Shown: one piece after another, positions 1 through 10,713 of the stretch
Numbering within the stretch: position 1 is the stretch's first letter
Layout: each line of letters begins with the position of its first letter
NCBI GenBank assembly: GCA_965279375.1
Contig: OZ257156.1
Location: 1,600,001-1,664,000 of the forward strand
Length of the DNA: 64,000 nucleotides
Direction: 5' to 3'
From: Gemmatimonas sp.
GTDB lineage: Bacteria; Gemmatimonadota; Gemmatimonadetes; Gemmatimonadales; Gemmatimonadaceae
Program-made: the position numbers and the translations under genes
The notes under the pieces: model-generated
The model's database searches: none
Seen by the model: only the letters and a program-made list of their open reading frames with translations
Told to the model about the DNA's origin: nothing

Positions 1-684
1 CAGCAGACGTTCGCCATTGTAGAACTTCGCCAGCTCGCCCATGGTGAGCCCATGAATGACTGGCACGGTGGCGTACGCACCAAAGCGAAAGCGATGTGCC
101 GCGTCGGTCACGAAGCCGTCGGCGCGCAACCCGCTGATCGGATTGGGGCGATCGAGTACCACCACGTCCAATCCGTACTCGGCCGCCGCGTCCATCACGA
201 AGCCAAGGATGTTGATGTGCTCGTAGAAGCGTGCACCGACTTCCTGAATATCGAACACCACCACCTGCGCATCGGCAAACATTTCGCGCGTCGGGCGATG
301 TACGTCGCCGTAGAGGTTGTACTTCGCGAGCCCCGTTGTGGCATCGATTGCGCGCTCGTCGTCGCGCTTGGCCGAGTAGTCGTTGGAGCGAATGTCGTGA
401 TCCATGCCGAAGAGCACGCGCAGTGGAGCTCCCGGGAGCGCGAACAATACGTCGGCGAGATGTTCTCCATTGGCGAGCCGACCGCTGTGATTGGTCACGA
501 GCGCGAGTCGCTTGCCCTTGATGAGATGCCCGAACTCGCGGAGCAGGCGGTCGGCACCAACGGATACGGCGACAGGTGCGGGCATCGTACCGGAGACATC
601 GCGATCGAACGGCTGCGCGGACGCCATGTCAGCGTGCATGCTCAAGACAGCCGTCGTGACGATTGCGAGCAGCCGAAGCCGCAT
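1..684 (-). CDS. Exo-beta-N-acetylmuramidase NamZ/YbbC family (DUF1343), runs off the window start
   Basis: Not in the ORF track. Manual translation from the ATG at 684 gives signal peptide MRLRLLAIVTTAVLSMHADMASA, then GADRLL, GKRLALVTNHSG, FDIQEVGARFY, VVVLDRPNPI and HGLTMGELA, which are DUF1343 motifs. Confidence 0.9.
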   Translation of the reverse strand, partial: MRLRLLAIVTTAVLSMHADMASAQPFDRDVSGTMPAPVAVSVGADRLLREFGHLIKGKRLALVTNHSGRLANGEHLADVLFALPGAPLRVLFGMDHDIRSNDYSAKRDDERAIDATTGLAKYNLYGDVHRPTREMFADAQVVVFDIQEVGARFYEHINILGFVMDAAAEYGLDVVVLDRPNPISGLRADGFVTDAAHRFRFGAYATVPVIHGLTMGELAKFYNGERLL

Positions 685-969
685 GTGGTGACGCCCGCTC
701 ACCGCGTCACCCTACTCAGCATAAAGCGGGGAACTGCACGCCACTTGCCGACGCGCCGGGTCAAGTGCGCGAACGTTCGCGAGATGTCGCATCGGGATGG
801 GTAGTTCAATCGGAGGGAGAGTATCTGTCGAGCATACGGCGCGATCGCCGATCTCGCCAGCGCTGCGCGACGGGTAGTTGCTCGGCGCGCGTACCTGCTG
901 TGCCCAATCACTCACTTCGAGAGTAGTTTCCGACGTCACCGCTCCATTCTGCCCTCGCACCGCGCCGTC

Positions 970-1530
970 ATGCCCTGGTATCTCTACTTCAAGATCTTCC
1001 ATCTGGTCGGCATGGTGTCGTGGATGGCCGGCCTGTTCTACCTGCCGCGCCTGTTCGTGTACCACGCTGAAGCGCGCGAACTGGCCGAGTCGTCACGTGG
1101 ACCGGTGCAGCAGCAGCTCGCGCTGATGATGGGGCGGCTGCTCAACATCATCATGACGCCGGCGATGATCATGACGTTCATCGGTGGCGTCGGCATGCTG
1201 ACGCTCAATCCAGATCTGCTGCGCCAACCGTGGATGCACGTGAAGCTCACGCTCGTGATCGGGCTGGCGGGCTATCACGGCTGGTGCTCCGCGACGCGCA
1301 AGAAGCTTGCACGGGGCGAAGTGGCTGGCACCGCAAAAGGCTATCGCATGGCGAATGAAGTGCCAACGGTCGCGCTGGTGCTCATCTGCACCTACGTGGA
1401 GCTCAAGGACTCGATCGGACTGCTGGGCGGACTTGGTGTGTCGGTCGTGATGATCCTGCTGTTGGGCATCGGCATTCAGGCGTATGCGGTGTTTCGCAAG
1501 AAGGCCGAGGCCGCGGGTCGCGTCGTGTAA
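970..1530 (+). CDS. hemJ: Protoporphyrinogen oxidase HemJ
   Basis: KIFHLVGMVSWMAGLFYLPRLFVYHAE, WMHVKLTLV and NEVPT motifs; several TM helices. Confidence 0.9.
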   Translation: MPWYLYFKIFHLVGMVSWMAGLFYLPRLFVYHAEARELAESSRGPVQQQLALMMGRLLNIIMTPAMIMTFIGGVGMLTLNPDLLRQPWMHVKLTLVIGLAGYHGWCSATRKKLARGEVAGTAKGYRMANEVPTVALVLICTYVELKDSIGLLGGLGVSVVMILLLGIGIQAYAVFRKKAEAAGRVV

Positions 1531-1556
1531 CTCGCCCCGCGTCGTGCTGTCACGCC

Positions 1557-2687
1557 CTAACTGTGCGTTTCGGCAACCGCGATCGCCATAGCCCGCGCCA
1601 AGCGCCGCACCCCCTCGATCAACACCGGTGTGTCGTAATGCGCAAAGCTCAGTCGCAGCGTGTGTGCGAACCCATCGCGGCTGATGAACCGCGAGCCCGG
1701 GTGAAACGTGACGCCCTCCGCTCGGGCGAGCGGAAGCAGCGCAGCCGCACTCAGCTCCGGCGGCAGTTGCACCCACACGAAGTAGCCGCCACTCGGCTCA
1801 TCGAACGACACCGTCGGCAGCAGCTCGCGTAGCGCGTGGCACAACGCAGCCGACCGTTCGGCGTACACACGGCGCAGCGCATCGAGGCCGCTGTCGGCCA
1901 GTCCGAGGTCGATCATGCTGTGCATCACGCCCGACACATAGGGATTGAGCCCGCCGCCGCTCTGTACCACCCCTGACTGCGTGAGATGGTAGAGCAGCGC
2001 GGGCGCTCCCTGAATCCACCCCAGCCGCAATCCGGGCGCGCAGATCTTGGAGAAGGAGCCGAGCGAAAGCACCCGCGCCGAGTGGACGTGTGAGGCGAGC
2101 GGCGGCGGCGGTACGACGCCGAAGTCGAGCAGGTGATAGACCTCGTCGGCAACGATGAGCAAGTCGTGTGCGCGACTGACCGCCATCAGTTCTTCGCGAC
2201 GCACCGCGGACATCGTGACACCGGTCGGGTTCTGGAACGATGGGATCGTATACAGCAGCGACGGACGATGCTGCGTCAGCGCTTGCTGTAGCGCGTCGAT
2301 GCGGATTCCCTCGGCGTCGATGGGAATGCCGACCACGTTGAGCTGGTGGTCGCGAAAGACGTCGAGCGCGAGAAAATACGTGGGTTCTTCGACGAAGATC
2401 GTGTCGCCCGGGCGCGTGCAACGCGTGCATATCAGATCAAGCGCTTGTGACGCACCGGCTGACGCGATGAGATCGTCGACGGCGACGGGCATGGCGTAGC
2501 GTCGCGCGAGAAACCCTGCGAGCGATTCGCGGAAGCCGGCGTCGCCTTCATCAGCGCCGTACTGCAACACGGTCGCGTCGCCGCGCGCGAGACAGTCATT
2601 TGCGGCCGTTCGCAGCGCCTCCATCGGCAACAGCGACAGCGAGGGCTGGCCGTTGCCGAAGTCGATCGGGGCTACGTCGTGCGACAC
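1557..2687 (-). CDS. PLP-dependent class I aminotransferase (LysN/MocR-like, no HTH)
   Basis: YTIPSFQNPTG, DEVY and GSFSKICAPGLRLGW. Start uncertain (GTG 2687 versus ORF start 2768). Confidence 0.85.
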   Translation of the reverse strand: MSHDVAPIDFGNGQPSLSLLPMEALRTAANDCLARGDATVLQYGADEGDAGFRESLAGFLARRYAMPVAVDDLIASAGASQALDLICTRCTRPGDTIFVEEPTYFLALDVFRDHQLNVVGIPIDAEGIRIDALQQALTQHRPSLLYTIPSFQNPTGVTMSAVRREELMAVSRAHDLLIVADEVYHLLDFGVVPPPPLASHVHSARVLSLGSFSKICAPGLRLGWIQGAPALLYHLTQSGVVQSGGGLNPYVSGVMHSMIDLGLADSGLDALRRVYAERSAALCHALRELLPTVSFDEPSGGYFVWVQLPPELSAAALLPLARAEGVTFHPGSRFISRDGFAHTLRLSFAHYDTPVLIEGVRRLARAMAIAVAETHS

Positions 2688-2895
2688 GGCTGCGGCTCGG
2701 TCGTGGTGGGCGCCCTCGAGAGGCGGTGCAGGGAAGAGATCACAGCACGAAAGATGCGGCCACGACAATCACTCGGCGAGGTCCGTCCGCATTCCGGCCG
2801 GCGCCTGCATACGCGATCGCCTGCGCAGTCGCATCGTTGACGAACGACGGCGGTGGTTTGCGGGACTTGGTCATGCAGCGCATACTCTGGCTGTC

Positions 2896-4467
2896 ATGAT
2901 CCGCCCCATCGTCGACGCACTCCCCACGCGCTTTCGCTTCGCGAGCGGCGACAGCGCCCGCGGCAGTGACGACATTTCCGTCACGCTGCAAGCGCGCCTG
3001 CGCGTGATCGCCGTGGTGGGCGTTGCCACACTGCTCGCCGTATTCGTGACCTACAGCGTGCGCTTGCTGGCACTGAGCGGCGACGCACGTGCGTCCATGG
3101 AGTCGGGCCGGATCGCCAACGGCGTGACGATACTTCCGGTCGCGCTGCTGGCCTGGTGGCTGCGCAAGAGCCAACCGCGAGCGCTCGGTCAGCTCCGATG
3201 GCTGGAAGTCGCGTTCTTCTTCGGCTTCAGCATCTTCTTCGCCCTGTTGATGGCGAGCGACTTCCCGTCGATCGCGCCCGTCATCGACAGGGCGCCGCTG
3301 GATCTCGGCCTGAGTCAGGCCGCGTGGATGTCGTTCCTGATCGTCGCGTACGGGTTGCTCATCCCCAATCGTTGGCAGCGCGCCGCCGGGATGATCGCGT
3401 TCATGCTCGGGTTGGTGGTGGTGGTCGACGCGTGGAGACTGAGCCAGTACAACATCGCCCCGCCCGTTGCGGCCACGTACCTCAGCTCGCAGTGGACACT
3501 GCTGCTCGGCTTCACCGCGATCGCGCTGTTCGGCGCGTACCGGATCGAAGCGGCCACCACCGTGGCACGCGATGCGATTCGCCTCGGGCAGTACGTGCTG
3601 GTCGAGCAGCTCGGCGCAGGCGGAATGGGCGAAGTGTACCGCGCCGAACATCGACTGTTGCGACGTCCGTGCGCGATAAAATTGATCCGGCCGGAGCATG
3701 CGGGGAATCCGGACGTCTTGCGACGCTTTGAGCGCGAAGTGCAAGCCACCGCGACGCTGACGCATCCCAACACCGTTGCGATCTACGACTACGGCATCGC
3801 CGATGACGGTACGTTCTACTACGTGATGGAATACCTGCCGGGTGCAACGCTCGAGCAGGTGGTGCAGCAACACGGACCGATGTCAGTCGAACGCGCCGTG
3901 CATGTGCTGCGGCAGGTCGCCGGTGCGCTGCACGAAGCCCATCGTGCAGGCCTGACGCATCGCGACATCAAGCCTGGCAACGTGATGCTGGGGGAGCGCG
4001 GTGGAGTCCCCGACGTTGCCAAGCTGCTCGACTTCGGACTCGTCACGGCGCACGACGCCAGCGGTCGCGTGGCCGGCGACGTCACCGGCGGCACCACCGG
4101 CAGCATCACGCAGTCGGGGATGATCCTCGGTACGCCGGCGTACATGTCCCCCGAACAGTGCGCCGGCGATGCACAGCCCGGGCCGGCGAGCGATCTATAC
4201 AGCCTCGGCGCGCTCGGGTTCTTCCTGCTGACGGGACGATCGCCGTTCGACGGGCGTGCGCCTCTGCAGATGATGCTGGCGCATCTTGGCGAAGCACCGC
4301 CGTCGTCGCGAGCGATTCGGCCGGAGGTTCCCGCCGAACTCGACGCATTGTTACAGCGGTGTCTGGCCAAGCGGCCCGAGGATCGCTTCGAGAGTGCGCG
4401 GGCGCTGGAGTCCGCGTTGGTGGCGGTGGTCAATCCGGCGCGAACAGCTCCTGCAGGGGTAGCGTAA
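2896..4467 (+). CDS. Membrane-bound Hanks-type Ser/Thr protein kinase (N-terminal multi-TM region, C-terminal kinase)
   Basis: About 6 hydrophobic helices, then LGAGGMGEVY, AIKLI, HRDIKPGN, DFG and GTPAYMSPEQ. Start chosen at ATG 2896. Confidence 0.92.
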   Translation: MIRPIVDALPTRFRFASGDSARGSDDISVTLQARLRVIAVVGVATLLAVFVTYSVRLLALSGDARASMESGRIANGVTILPVALLAWWLRKSQPRALGQLRWLEVAFFFGFSIFFALLMASDFPSIAPVIDRAPLDLGLSQAAWMSFLIVAYGLLIPNRWQRAAGMIAFMLGLVVVVDAWRLSQYNIAPPVAATYLSSQWTLLLGFTAIALFGAYRIEAATTVARDAIRLGQYVLVEQLGAGGMGEVYRAEHRLLRRPCAIKLIRPEHAGNPDVLRRFEREVQATATLTHPNTVAIYDYGIADDGTFYYVMEYLPGATLEQVVQQHGPMSVERAVHVLRQVAGALHEAHRAGLTHRDIKPGNVMLGERGGVPDVAKLLDFGLVTAHDASGRVAGDVTGGTTGSITQSGMILGTPAYMSPEQCAGDAQPGPASDLYSLGALGFFLLTGRSPFDGRAPLQMMLAHLGEAPPSSRAIRPEVPAELDALLQRCLAKRPEDRFESARALESALVAVVNPARTAPAGVA

Positions 4468-5044
4468 AGCCGGGAAGCAGCGTCTCGCCCGTGAGCGCAT
4501 CGGTCGCGCCGAGCACCGACACGCTGCCATCCGCGCGGTAGACCACCACCTGTTCGCGCGCGGGATCGACACTCCACACCAGTACTGTTCCGGCTTCGAG
4601 CCAATCGCTGACCTTCGCGGCGACGGCTCCCGCTCGGTCATTGGGCGAGCGCACCTCAACGGCGAGATCGGGCGCGAACTCCGGAAAGCCGTCGGGCATG
4701 GGTCCGGCGAAACGCTCTCGCGACACGTAGGCGACGTCCGGCGCACGCACGGTGTCCGGGTTACGCGCGAGAGTGAAGCCGGGATCGGCGGTGGCAAGGC
4801 GGCCTCGCGACTGTGACCAGCCGAACTCCTCACGTTCACGCGCGAGATGATTGCCGAGCGCGATGCCAATTCGCAACGTCAACGAGCCGTGCGGAAAACC
4901 GGCGGGCTCGTGCACCAGCAGCTTGCCACGCACCAGCTCCACGCGCTTGCCGGGCAGCTCGTAGCCCAGCAGTTGCTCCGCGGTCATCCCCAAGGCAGCG
5001 GCAACCATTGCAGGCCTCCGTAGTCTCGATCGGGTTCGCGTCAT
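4430..5044 (-). CDS. Uma2 family (DUF820) putative endonuclease
   Basis: VELVRGKL, HG, RAPDVAYV, PDLAVEVRSP, VWSVDP and LLPGFTL motifs. Confidence 0.88.
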   Translation of the reverse strand: MTRTRSRLRRPAMVAAALGMTAEQLLGYELPGKRVELVRGKLLVHEPAGFPHGSLTLRIGIALGNHLAREREEFGWSQSRGRLATADPGFTLARNPDTVRAPDVAYVSRERFAGPMPDGFPEFAPDLAVEVRSPNDRAGAVAAKVSDWLEAGTVLVWSVDPAREQVVVYRADGSVSVLGATDALTGETLLPGFTLPLQELFAPD

Positions 5045-5148
5045 GAACACACGGTACGCCCTCGCGTCACCGCGCCGTCATCGCCCTGCAACCGAAAGCT
5101 ATTGTCGGGGCGCGCCGAGTCTACACGAGACCATGTCCCGCGCCGCCG

Positions 5149-7584
5149 CTACTTGGTGACGGGCGTCGGCTCACCTCGAACGGCTCGCACGATCGCCGCC
5201 CATCTCGGGTCGTCGTGCAGCGATGCGATGCCTGGGTTTGGAATGTTGTGAATGACGTTGGATTCGCGCTCGGCGACGGACTTCTGCAACGCCTGCATCG
5301 CGCCCTCACGATCTCCAAGCCGCGCCAGAAACACAGCCCGATCGGACAACGTCAGCACGCCAGCAGGCAACCGTCTCACCAGAGCAAGCGCTGCCGGCCG
5401 CCCTGCCGCCTCGCCACTCAACCCACCGATCAGCGTGCTGCAGTCGTCCGCGGTCAGGAGCTGTGTGCACACGCGAATTGCATCACTCATGCGACCGCTG
5501 GCGAGATATGCGCTCGTCAGGTTGGCCTTCCAACGCGCTTCGTTCGGCGCGAGTGCAACTGCGCGTTCGGCGCTGGTGATGGCACTGTCGCTCATGCCGG
5601 CATTGACAAAGAATCCCGCGCGTGCTGCGTGCACGACAGGCGCGAGCCGGTCGAGCTGCACCGCCTGTCGGAACGCCTCACCCGCCTCCGTCTGTCGACC
5701 CAGTCCCTCCAGCGTCTCGCCCTTGAGAATCCACACAAACGCGGACGTCGAGTCGGAGGCGATCACGCCGTCGAGCGCACGCAACGCATCCGCCATTCGA
5801 AACTGACCGAACAGCACGCGCGCAAAGGCCAATCGCACGTCGACCGCCGAACTATCCAGAGCCATTGCGCGCTGCACCGCAGACATCGCCTCGGCGAGAT
5901 TCTCCATCGACGTGTGGACGGTATCGCTGTACGCCGACCGCAGATACACCGACTCGGCGCGACCTGCCCACGCCCGCGCATACGTCGAGTCGAGCGCAAC
6001 GGCTTGGGCAAACAGCGATTGCGCCTGATTCAGATTCGCCAGACCACGTTGGCGCAGCAGGGCACGCGCGCGCAGCTGCGCGTCGCGGGCAGCGGGCGGA
6101 ACCTTGTCATCGCGCTCGACGGCCGCGCGCTGCGCGGGACTCAACGTGACCGCCAGCGCGTCGGCCACTCGCACCGCCACACTCGCCTGCACCTTGAACA
6201 CGTCGCGCAGGCGTTCCTCAAATGGTTGGCTCCACACGCGATCACCTGCTGACACCTCGGTGAGCAGTGGCACCACCTGCACGCGCGCATTGCCGTCGAT
6301 GGAGTCGCCAGCAGCCCGCGCCCACTGCACGGTGCCCGTGAGCACATACTGCGCATCCAGCGACGCGGCCAGTTCGCGCGGTCGCATGCCGGCCACGGTC
6401 GCGCCGCGCACGCCATCGCGGCCGATCACGCGAACGCCCGGCAACTGCGCGAGCTGATTGGCGATCTCCTCACTCACGCCGTCGGCGAAGTACGCGTCCG
6501 ACGGATTGCCGAGGTTCTCGAACGGCATGACGACGACGGTGCGCTTGGTTGGATCGATGGTGGGGCGCACCATGTAGCGAAGCGCGACGACCAGTGCGAT
6601 CGCGAGGGTGACGAGCGCTGTGGCACGAACGGCGGTGCTGAAGCGCGGCTTGGCCGCAGCGGCGGGCGACGACGCAGTGGTGACCGACGCGGGCCGTGGC
6701 ACTGCAGCCGGTGCCGACGTGTTCGCCGAATCAAGCGCGGCGAGGATCGCACCCGCCGATGCGGGACGATCGGCTGCGGCCTTGGCGAGGCACTGCATGA
6801 CGATCGTACTCACCGCGTTCGGAACGGGTGGCGCGATGTCGTTCAGGTTTTTCGGCGTTTCGGCGATGTGCGCCGCAATCAGCTGCGATGTGCCCGTCTT
6901 GCCCGCAAACGGATGCGCGCCGCTGAGCACCTCGTACGCCACGACGCCCCACGCATAGAGATCCGCGCGCGCATCGACCGATTCACCGACCGCCTGCTCC
7001 GGCGCCATGTACGCGGGCGTGCCGATGCTGCTGCCGACCTGCGTCAGCGTACCGTCAGGTGACGCAGGCGCGGCGCCGTCGAGCGTGCGCGACGCACTGA
7101 TCGCCTTGGCGATGCCGAAGTCGGTGACGACCGCTGTACCCGCTGAGAGCAGGATGTTGTCGGGCTTGATGTCGCGATGGATCACCCCTTCGCCGTGCGC
7201 ATACGCCAGCGCGCGCGCGACGTCCCGCAGCACATGGAGGCGATCGGTCAACGGCAGCGCAACGCCGCTCGCAAGCTGCGCCCGCAGCGACTCGCCTTTG
7301 ACGAACGGCATCGTGTAGTACGACACGCCGCCCGACGTCCCCGCGGACAACACCGGGACGATGTTCGCCTGCTGCAATCGCGCCGCTGTCGCAATCTCGC
7401 GCGTGAAGCGCTCGGCGCTGACACTCGCCGAGAGTTCCGGCGCGAGCACCTTCACCACCACCTCGCGTCCCAGCGCGTTGTCGCGCGCTACGAACACGCG
7501 CGACATGCCGCCGCCGCCGAGTTCGCGCTCGAGGGTGTAGGCGTCGCCGAGGGTGGTTTGGAGCTGAGCGCGGAGTTCGCTCAC
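5149..7584 (-). CDS. Ser/Thr kinase with TM helix, TolB-N-like domain and TPR repeats
   Basis: ELGGGGMSRVF, HRDIKPDN, DFGIAK, GTPAYMAPEQ; VVMPFENL...YFADGVSEEI; helical repeats. Confidence 0.92.
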   Translation of the reverse strand: MSELRAQLQTTLGDAYTLERELGGGGMSRVFVARDNALGREVVVKVLAPELSASVSAERFTREIATAARLQQANIVPVLSAGTSGGVSYYTMPFVKGESLRAQLASGVALPLTDRLHVLRDVARALAYAHGEGVIHRDIKPDNILLSAGTAVVTDFGIAKAISASRTLDGAAPASPDGTLTQVGSSIGTPAYMAPEQAVGESVDARADLYAWGVVAYEVLSGAHPFAGKTGTSQLIAAHIAETPKNLNDIAPPVPNAVSTIVMQCLAKAAADRPASAGAILAALDSANTSAPAAVPRPASVTTASSPAAAAKPRFSTAVRATALVTLAIALVVALRYMVRPTIDPTKRTVVVMPFENLGNPSDAYFADGVSEEIANQLAQLPGVRVIGRDGVRGATVAGMRPRELAASLDAQYVLTGTVQWARAAGDSIDGNARVQVVPLLTEVSAGDRVWSQPFEERLRDVFKVQASVAVRVADALAVTLSPAQRAAVERDDKVPPAARDAQLRARALLRQRGLANLNQAQSLFAQAVALDSTYARAWAGRAESVYLRSAYSDTVHTSMENLAEAMSAVQRAMALDSSAVDVRLAFARVLFGQFRMADALRALDGVIASDSTSAFVWILKGETLEGLGRQTEAGEAFRQAVQLDRLAPVVHAARAGFFVNAGMSDSAITSAERAVALAPNEARWKANLTSAYLASGRMSDAIRVCTQLLTADDCSTLIGGLSGEAAGRPAALALVRRLPAGVLTLSDRAVFLARLGDREGAMQALQKSVAERESNVIHNIPNPGIASLHDDPRWAAIVRAVRGEPTPVTK

Positions 7585-10004
7585 TGTTCAATCGACTTCA
7601 TGATCGCGTCGGCGCGCGGATCCTTGCGCAGCGCGTCGTAGCGTTCGGCGCGGTTGTACATCTGCAGCCAGCTATCGGGTTGTTTCACGGCGCGCTCAAG
7701 CATCGCCAGCGCGGCGGTGTGATCGCCCAGCTGTTCGAGCGTTGCCGCCAGCACGCCCATCGGTGGTGTCTCGCCGCCATTGACCGTGCGCAGGTGTTCC
7801 ATGGCGCGACGCGCATCTGCTGCGCGACCCGCGCGCGCGAAGACGTACGCGAGAATTCCTTCGGTCTGGTTCGGTCGGTCCTTCGGGAGCTGGTCGAGAT
7901 TGCGCTGCAGCGCGGCGATCGCGTCGTCGTGGCGGCCAAGAAAGCTGAGCGCCTCGCCGCGTGCGTCCCACGCCAGCGCGTACGTCGAGTCCATCGAGAG
8001 GATCGATCGCGTCGCGGAGTCAGCTTCGCGATAGCGTCGCTCTGTCATCATCAGCTGCGCCCCCCACGTCCGCGCGATCAGCGATGCGGGCTCCGCTGCC
8101 TGCGCACGAACGGCGCGATCTCGAGCTTCGGCGAATCGCCCCATGTGCACCAGATTCAGCGCGTGCCAGCCCCACAGGATGGCGATGCTGGAGTCGAGTG
8201 CCTGCGCGCGTCGGTAACTGGCATCCGCGAGACGATTCTCGAATACGCCCATCTGCGCGGACGCGATCGCACCCCATGCCTCAGCGACAGTGGAGTCCAG
8301 GGCGATGGCCTTTCGTGCGGCCTCAATCGCCAGCGGCGAGGTCGTACGAGCCGTGCCCTGTTCGTAGAACGGGATCGATGCCAGCGCCAACCCCAGCGCG
8401 GCGTGAGCGCGCGCAAACTTCGGGTCCCGTGCGACCGCTCGCTCGAATAGCGCGATCGACTGACGCACCGTCTGCGCGGTTCGGCGCCCGAACATCACCT
8501 GCCCTTGCAGATACAACGCGTACGCCTCAGGGTCGGCCGTCTCTACGCGAGTGGCCTGCGCCGCACCGGTACCTCCCAGCGCGCCGAGCAACTTGGTCGC
8601 CACCGCGCGCGCGATCTCATCCTGCAACGCGAAGACATTGGTGAGTGGCCGGTCGTACTTCTCCGTCCACGTCACCGAGCCATCGCTGGCCGACACGAGC
8701 GAGACATTCACGCGCACCTGTCCCGCCGCGCGCTGCACACTGCCGGTGAGCAGCGAGCCCACGCCGAGCTCGCGCGCGATCGCGCTTTCGTCCATGCCGC
8801 GCGCCTGCAACGCGCCGGCGCTCGAGCGCCCGATCACCCGCACGCCCGTCTTCGACAGCGCCCGCGTCATCTCCTCGGCCAGTCCGACGCCGAAGAAGTC
8901 GTCGGCCTTGTCGCCACTGAGATTCGCGAGCGGCAGCACGGCGATGGAACGGTTCGGTGCAGCCGGTGCCGCGCTCGCGACGACGGTCGACGTCGGCAGG
9001 TCAGCGCTGCGGGACTTCACCACTACTGCCACTACGACCGCAACCGCCAGCACACCGCCCGCGATCAGCACCGAATTACGCCGACCACCTGCGGGTGCGG
9101 CCGTGCTACCCGTGCGCGCACCCGTCGCTCCACTCGGCGTCGCCACTCCATCGAGGATCTGCAGGACTTCTTCCGCATTCGCCGGACGCCGCGCCGCGTC
9201 CTTCTCGAGACATCGCAGCACCAGATCGCTCAATGCTGCCGGCAGCGCGGCGTTGCGCTGCGTGAGTGGCAATGGCACTTCGGACAGATGCGCCGCAATC
9301 ATCTGCGCCGCATTCGCCTTGCCCGCAAATGGATGCGCGCCCATCAGCAGCTCGTACGCCAGCACGCCCCACGCGTAGATATCCGCGCGCTGATCCACCT
9401 CGGCGCCGATTGCCTGCTCCGGGGCCATGTACGCCGGCGTGCCGATGGACCCACCCGCCTGCGTGAGCGACGCACTCGTCGCTGCAGGGCCTCCGTCGCC
9501 GATCGTGCGCGACGCGCTGAGCGCTTTGGCGATGCCGAAGTCGGTCACCACCGCCGTGCCACCGGAGAGCAGAATGTTCTCCGGCTTGATGTCGCGATGC
9601 ACCACACCCTGCGCATGCGCATACGCCAACGCGCGCGCCACGTCTCGCAGGATGCTCAGTGACTGCGAGACCGTGAGCGGCGAGCCGCTCGACAACCGGG
9701 CGCGCAGCGACTCGCCCGTCACGAACGGCATCGTGTAGTACGGCAGCGATCCCGAACTGCCGGTGCTTAGCACGGGCACGATGTTCGCCTGCTGCAACCG
9801 CGCGGCCAGCTTCACCTCACGCGCGAAGCGTTCGGCGCTCACGCCTTCGGCCAGCTCAGGGGCGATGACCTTCACCACCACCGCGCGTCCGAGCGCGTTT
9901 TCGTGGGCGACGAACACGCGTGACATGCCGCCGCCGCCCAGCTCGCGCTCAAGGGTGTAGCTGTCGCCGAGGGTGGTCTGAAGTTGGATGCGGAGGTCGG
10001 TCAT
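7581..10004 (-). CDS. Ser/Thr kinase with TM helix, TolB-N-like domain and TPR repeats (tandem paralog)
   Basis: Same architecture: HRDIKPEN and SIAVLPLANLS. Its stop overlaps the next start by 4 nt. Confidence 0.92.
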   Translation of the reverse strand: MTDLRIQLQTTLGDSYTLERELGGGGMSRVFVAHENALGRAVVVKVIAPELAEGVSAERFAREVKLAARLQQANIVPVLSTGSSGSLPYYTMPFVTGESLRARLSSGSPLTVSQSLSILRDVARALAYAHAQGVVHRDIKPENILLSGGTAVVTDFGIAKALSASRTIGDGGPAATSASLTQAGGSIGTPAYMAPEQAIGAEVDQRADIYAWGVLAYELLMGAHPFAGKANAAQMIAAHLSEVPLPLTQRNAALPAALSDLVLRCLEKDAARRPANAEEVLQILDGVATPSGATGARTGSTAAPAGGRRNSVLIAGGVLAVAVVVAVVVKSRSADLPTSTVVASAAPAAPNRSIAVLPLANLSGDKADDFFGVGLAEEMTRALSKTGVRVIGRSSAGALQARGMDESAIARELGVGSLLTGSVQRAAGQVRVNVSLVSASDGSVTWTEKYDRPLTNVFALQDEIARAVATKLLGALGGTGAAQATRVETADPEAYALYLQGQVMFGRRTAQTVRQSIALFERAVARDPKFARAHAALGLALASIPFYEQGTARTTSPLAIEAARKAIALDSTVAEAWGAIASAQMGVFENRLADASYRRAQALDSSIAILWGWHALNLVHMGRFAEARDRAVRAQAAEPASLIARTWGAQLMMTERRYREADSATRSILSMDSTYALAWDARGEALSFLGRHDDAIAALQRNLDQLPKDRPNQTEGILAYVFARAGRAADARRAMEHLRTVNGGETPPMGVLAATLEQLGDHTAALAMLERAVKQPDSWLQMYNRAERYDALRKDPRADAIMKSIEQ

Positions 10005-10146
10005 GGCACGGGGAGCCTACCGACCGAGGCGGGCGCGGGCAAGCGAGCGCGCGGCGTCGTGCCGACCTTTTTCGCCGAGGGCCAAAGGACGACGTACCTT
10101 CTCTACCATCACCACAACACGCCTCGTCACCGAGACCGCGATCCCC

Positions 10147-10662
10147 ATGCCCCAATTGACCAACTTCCCCTGGCGCGCTCGCGTCGCCCTTTCTGCCGCG
10201 CTGATCGGCCTCGTCTCCGGCCGCGCGCACGCGCAGTCGCCCACTGCGCCCGACGCACGCGCCGCCGTCATCGCCGTCGCCGATTCGGCGCTGGCTGCCA
10301 TCACCCGCGGCGACGTGGTCGCCTTCACCGATCTGATGGTGCCCGAGGCGGTGATGTTCCCCACGTCCACACGCAACGGCGTCACCGGCTACGGCGTGCG
10401 CACGCGCGAAGCGCAGCGTAAGGATCCGATGAACGGCTACGTCGAGCGCGGATTCAAGGCGCAGGCGATGGTGAACGGCGGCGTGGCGATGGTGTGGATG
10501 CCGTACGACTTCTACAACAAGGGCGTATGGTCCCACTGCGGCGTCGACGTCTTCACTTTGGTCAAGCACAACGGCGCGTGGCGCATCGCGTCGCTGGCGT
10601 GGAGCGCCGAGCAGCCGCCGGCGTGCGAGAAACACCCGTCGGGACCGCCAACGAATCGATAG
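10147..10662 (+). CDS. Secreted NTF2-like (DUF4440-type) protein
   Basis: Signal peptide ending AHA; VAMVWMPYDFY...SHCGVDVFTLVK...WRIASL. Confidence 0.75.
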   Translation: MPQLTNFPWRARVALSAALIGLVSGRAHAQSPTAPDARAAVIAVADSALAAITRGDVVAFTDLMVPEAVMFPTSTRNGVTGYGVRTREAQRKDPMNGYVERGFKAQAMVNGGVAMVWMPYDFYNKGVWSHCGVDVFTLVKHNGAWRIASLAWSAEQPPACEKHPSGPPTNR

Positions 10663-10713
10663 TGGCGCGCGTGTACGTATAGCGCTCCCCACATCCAAGG
10701 TTACGATAGGCTG

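Noticed and set aside
52..804. 250-aa plus-strand ORF
   Set aside because: Antisense shadow of the DUF1343 gene on the minus strand (1-684).
4430..5044. Uma2 and DUF429 (20819-21577) nucleases as a defence island
   Set aside because: Both are solitary, far apart and common in such genomes, with no partner genes or obvious compositional anomaly.
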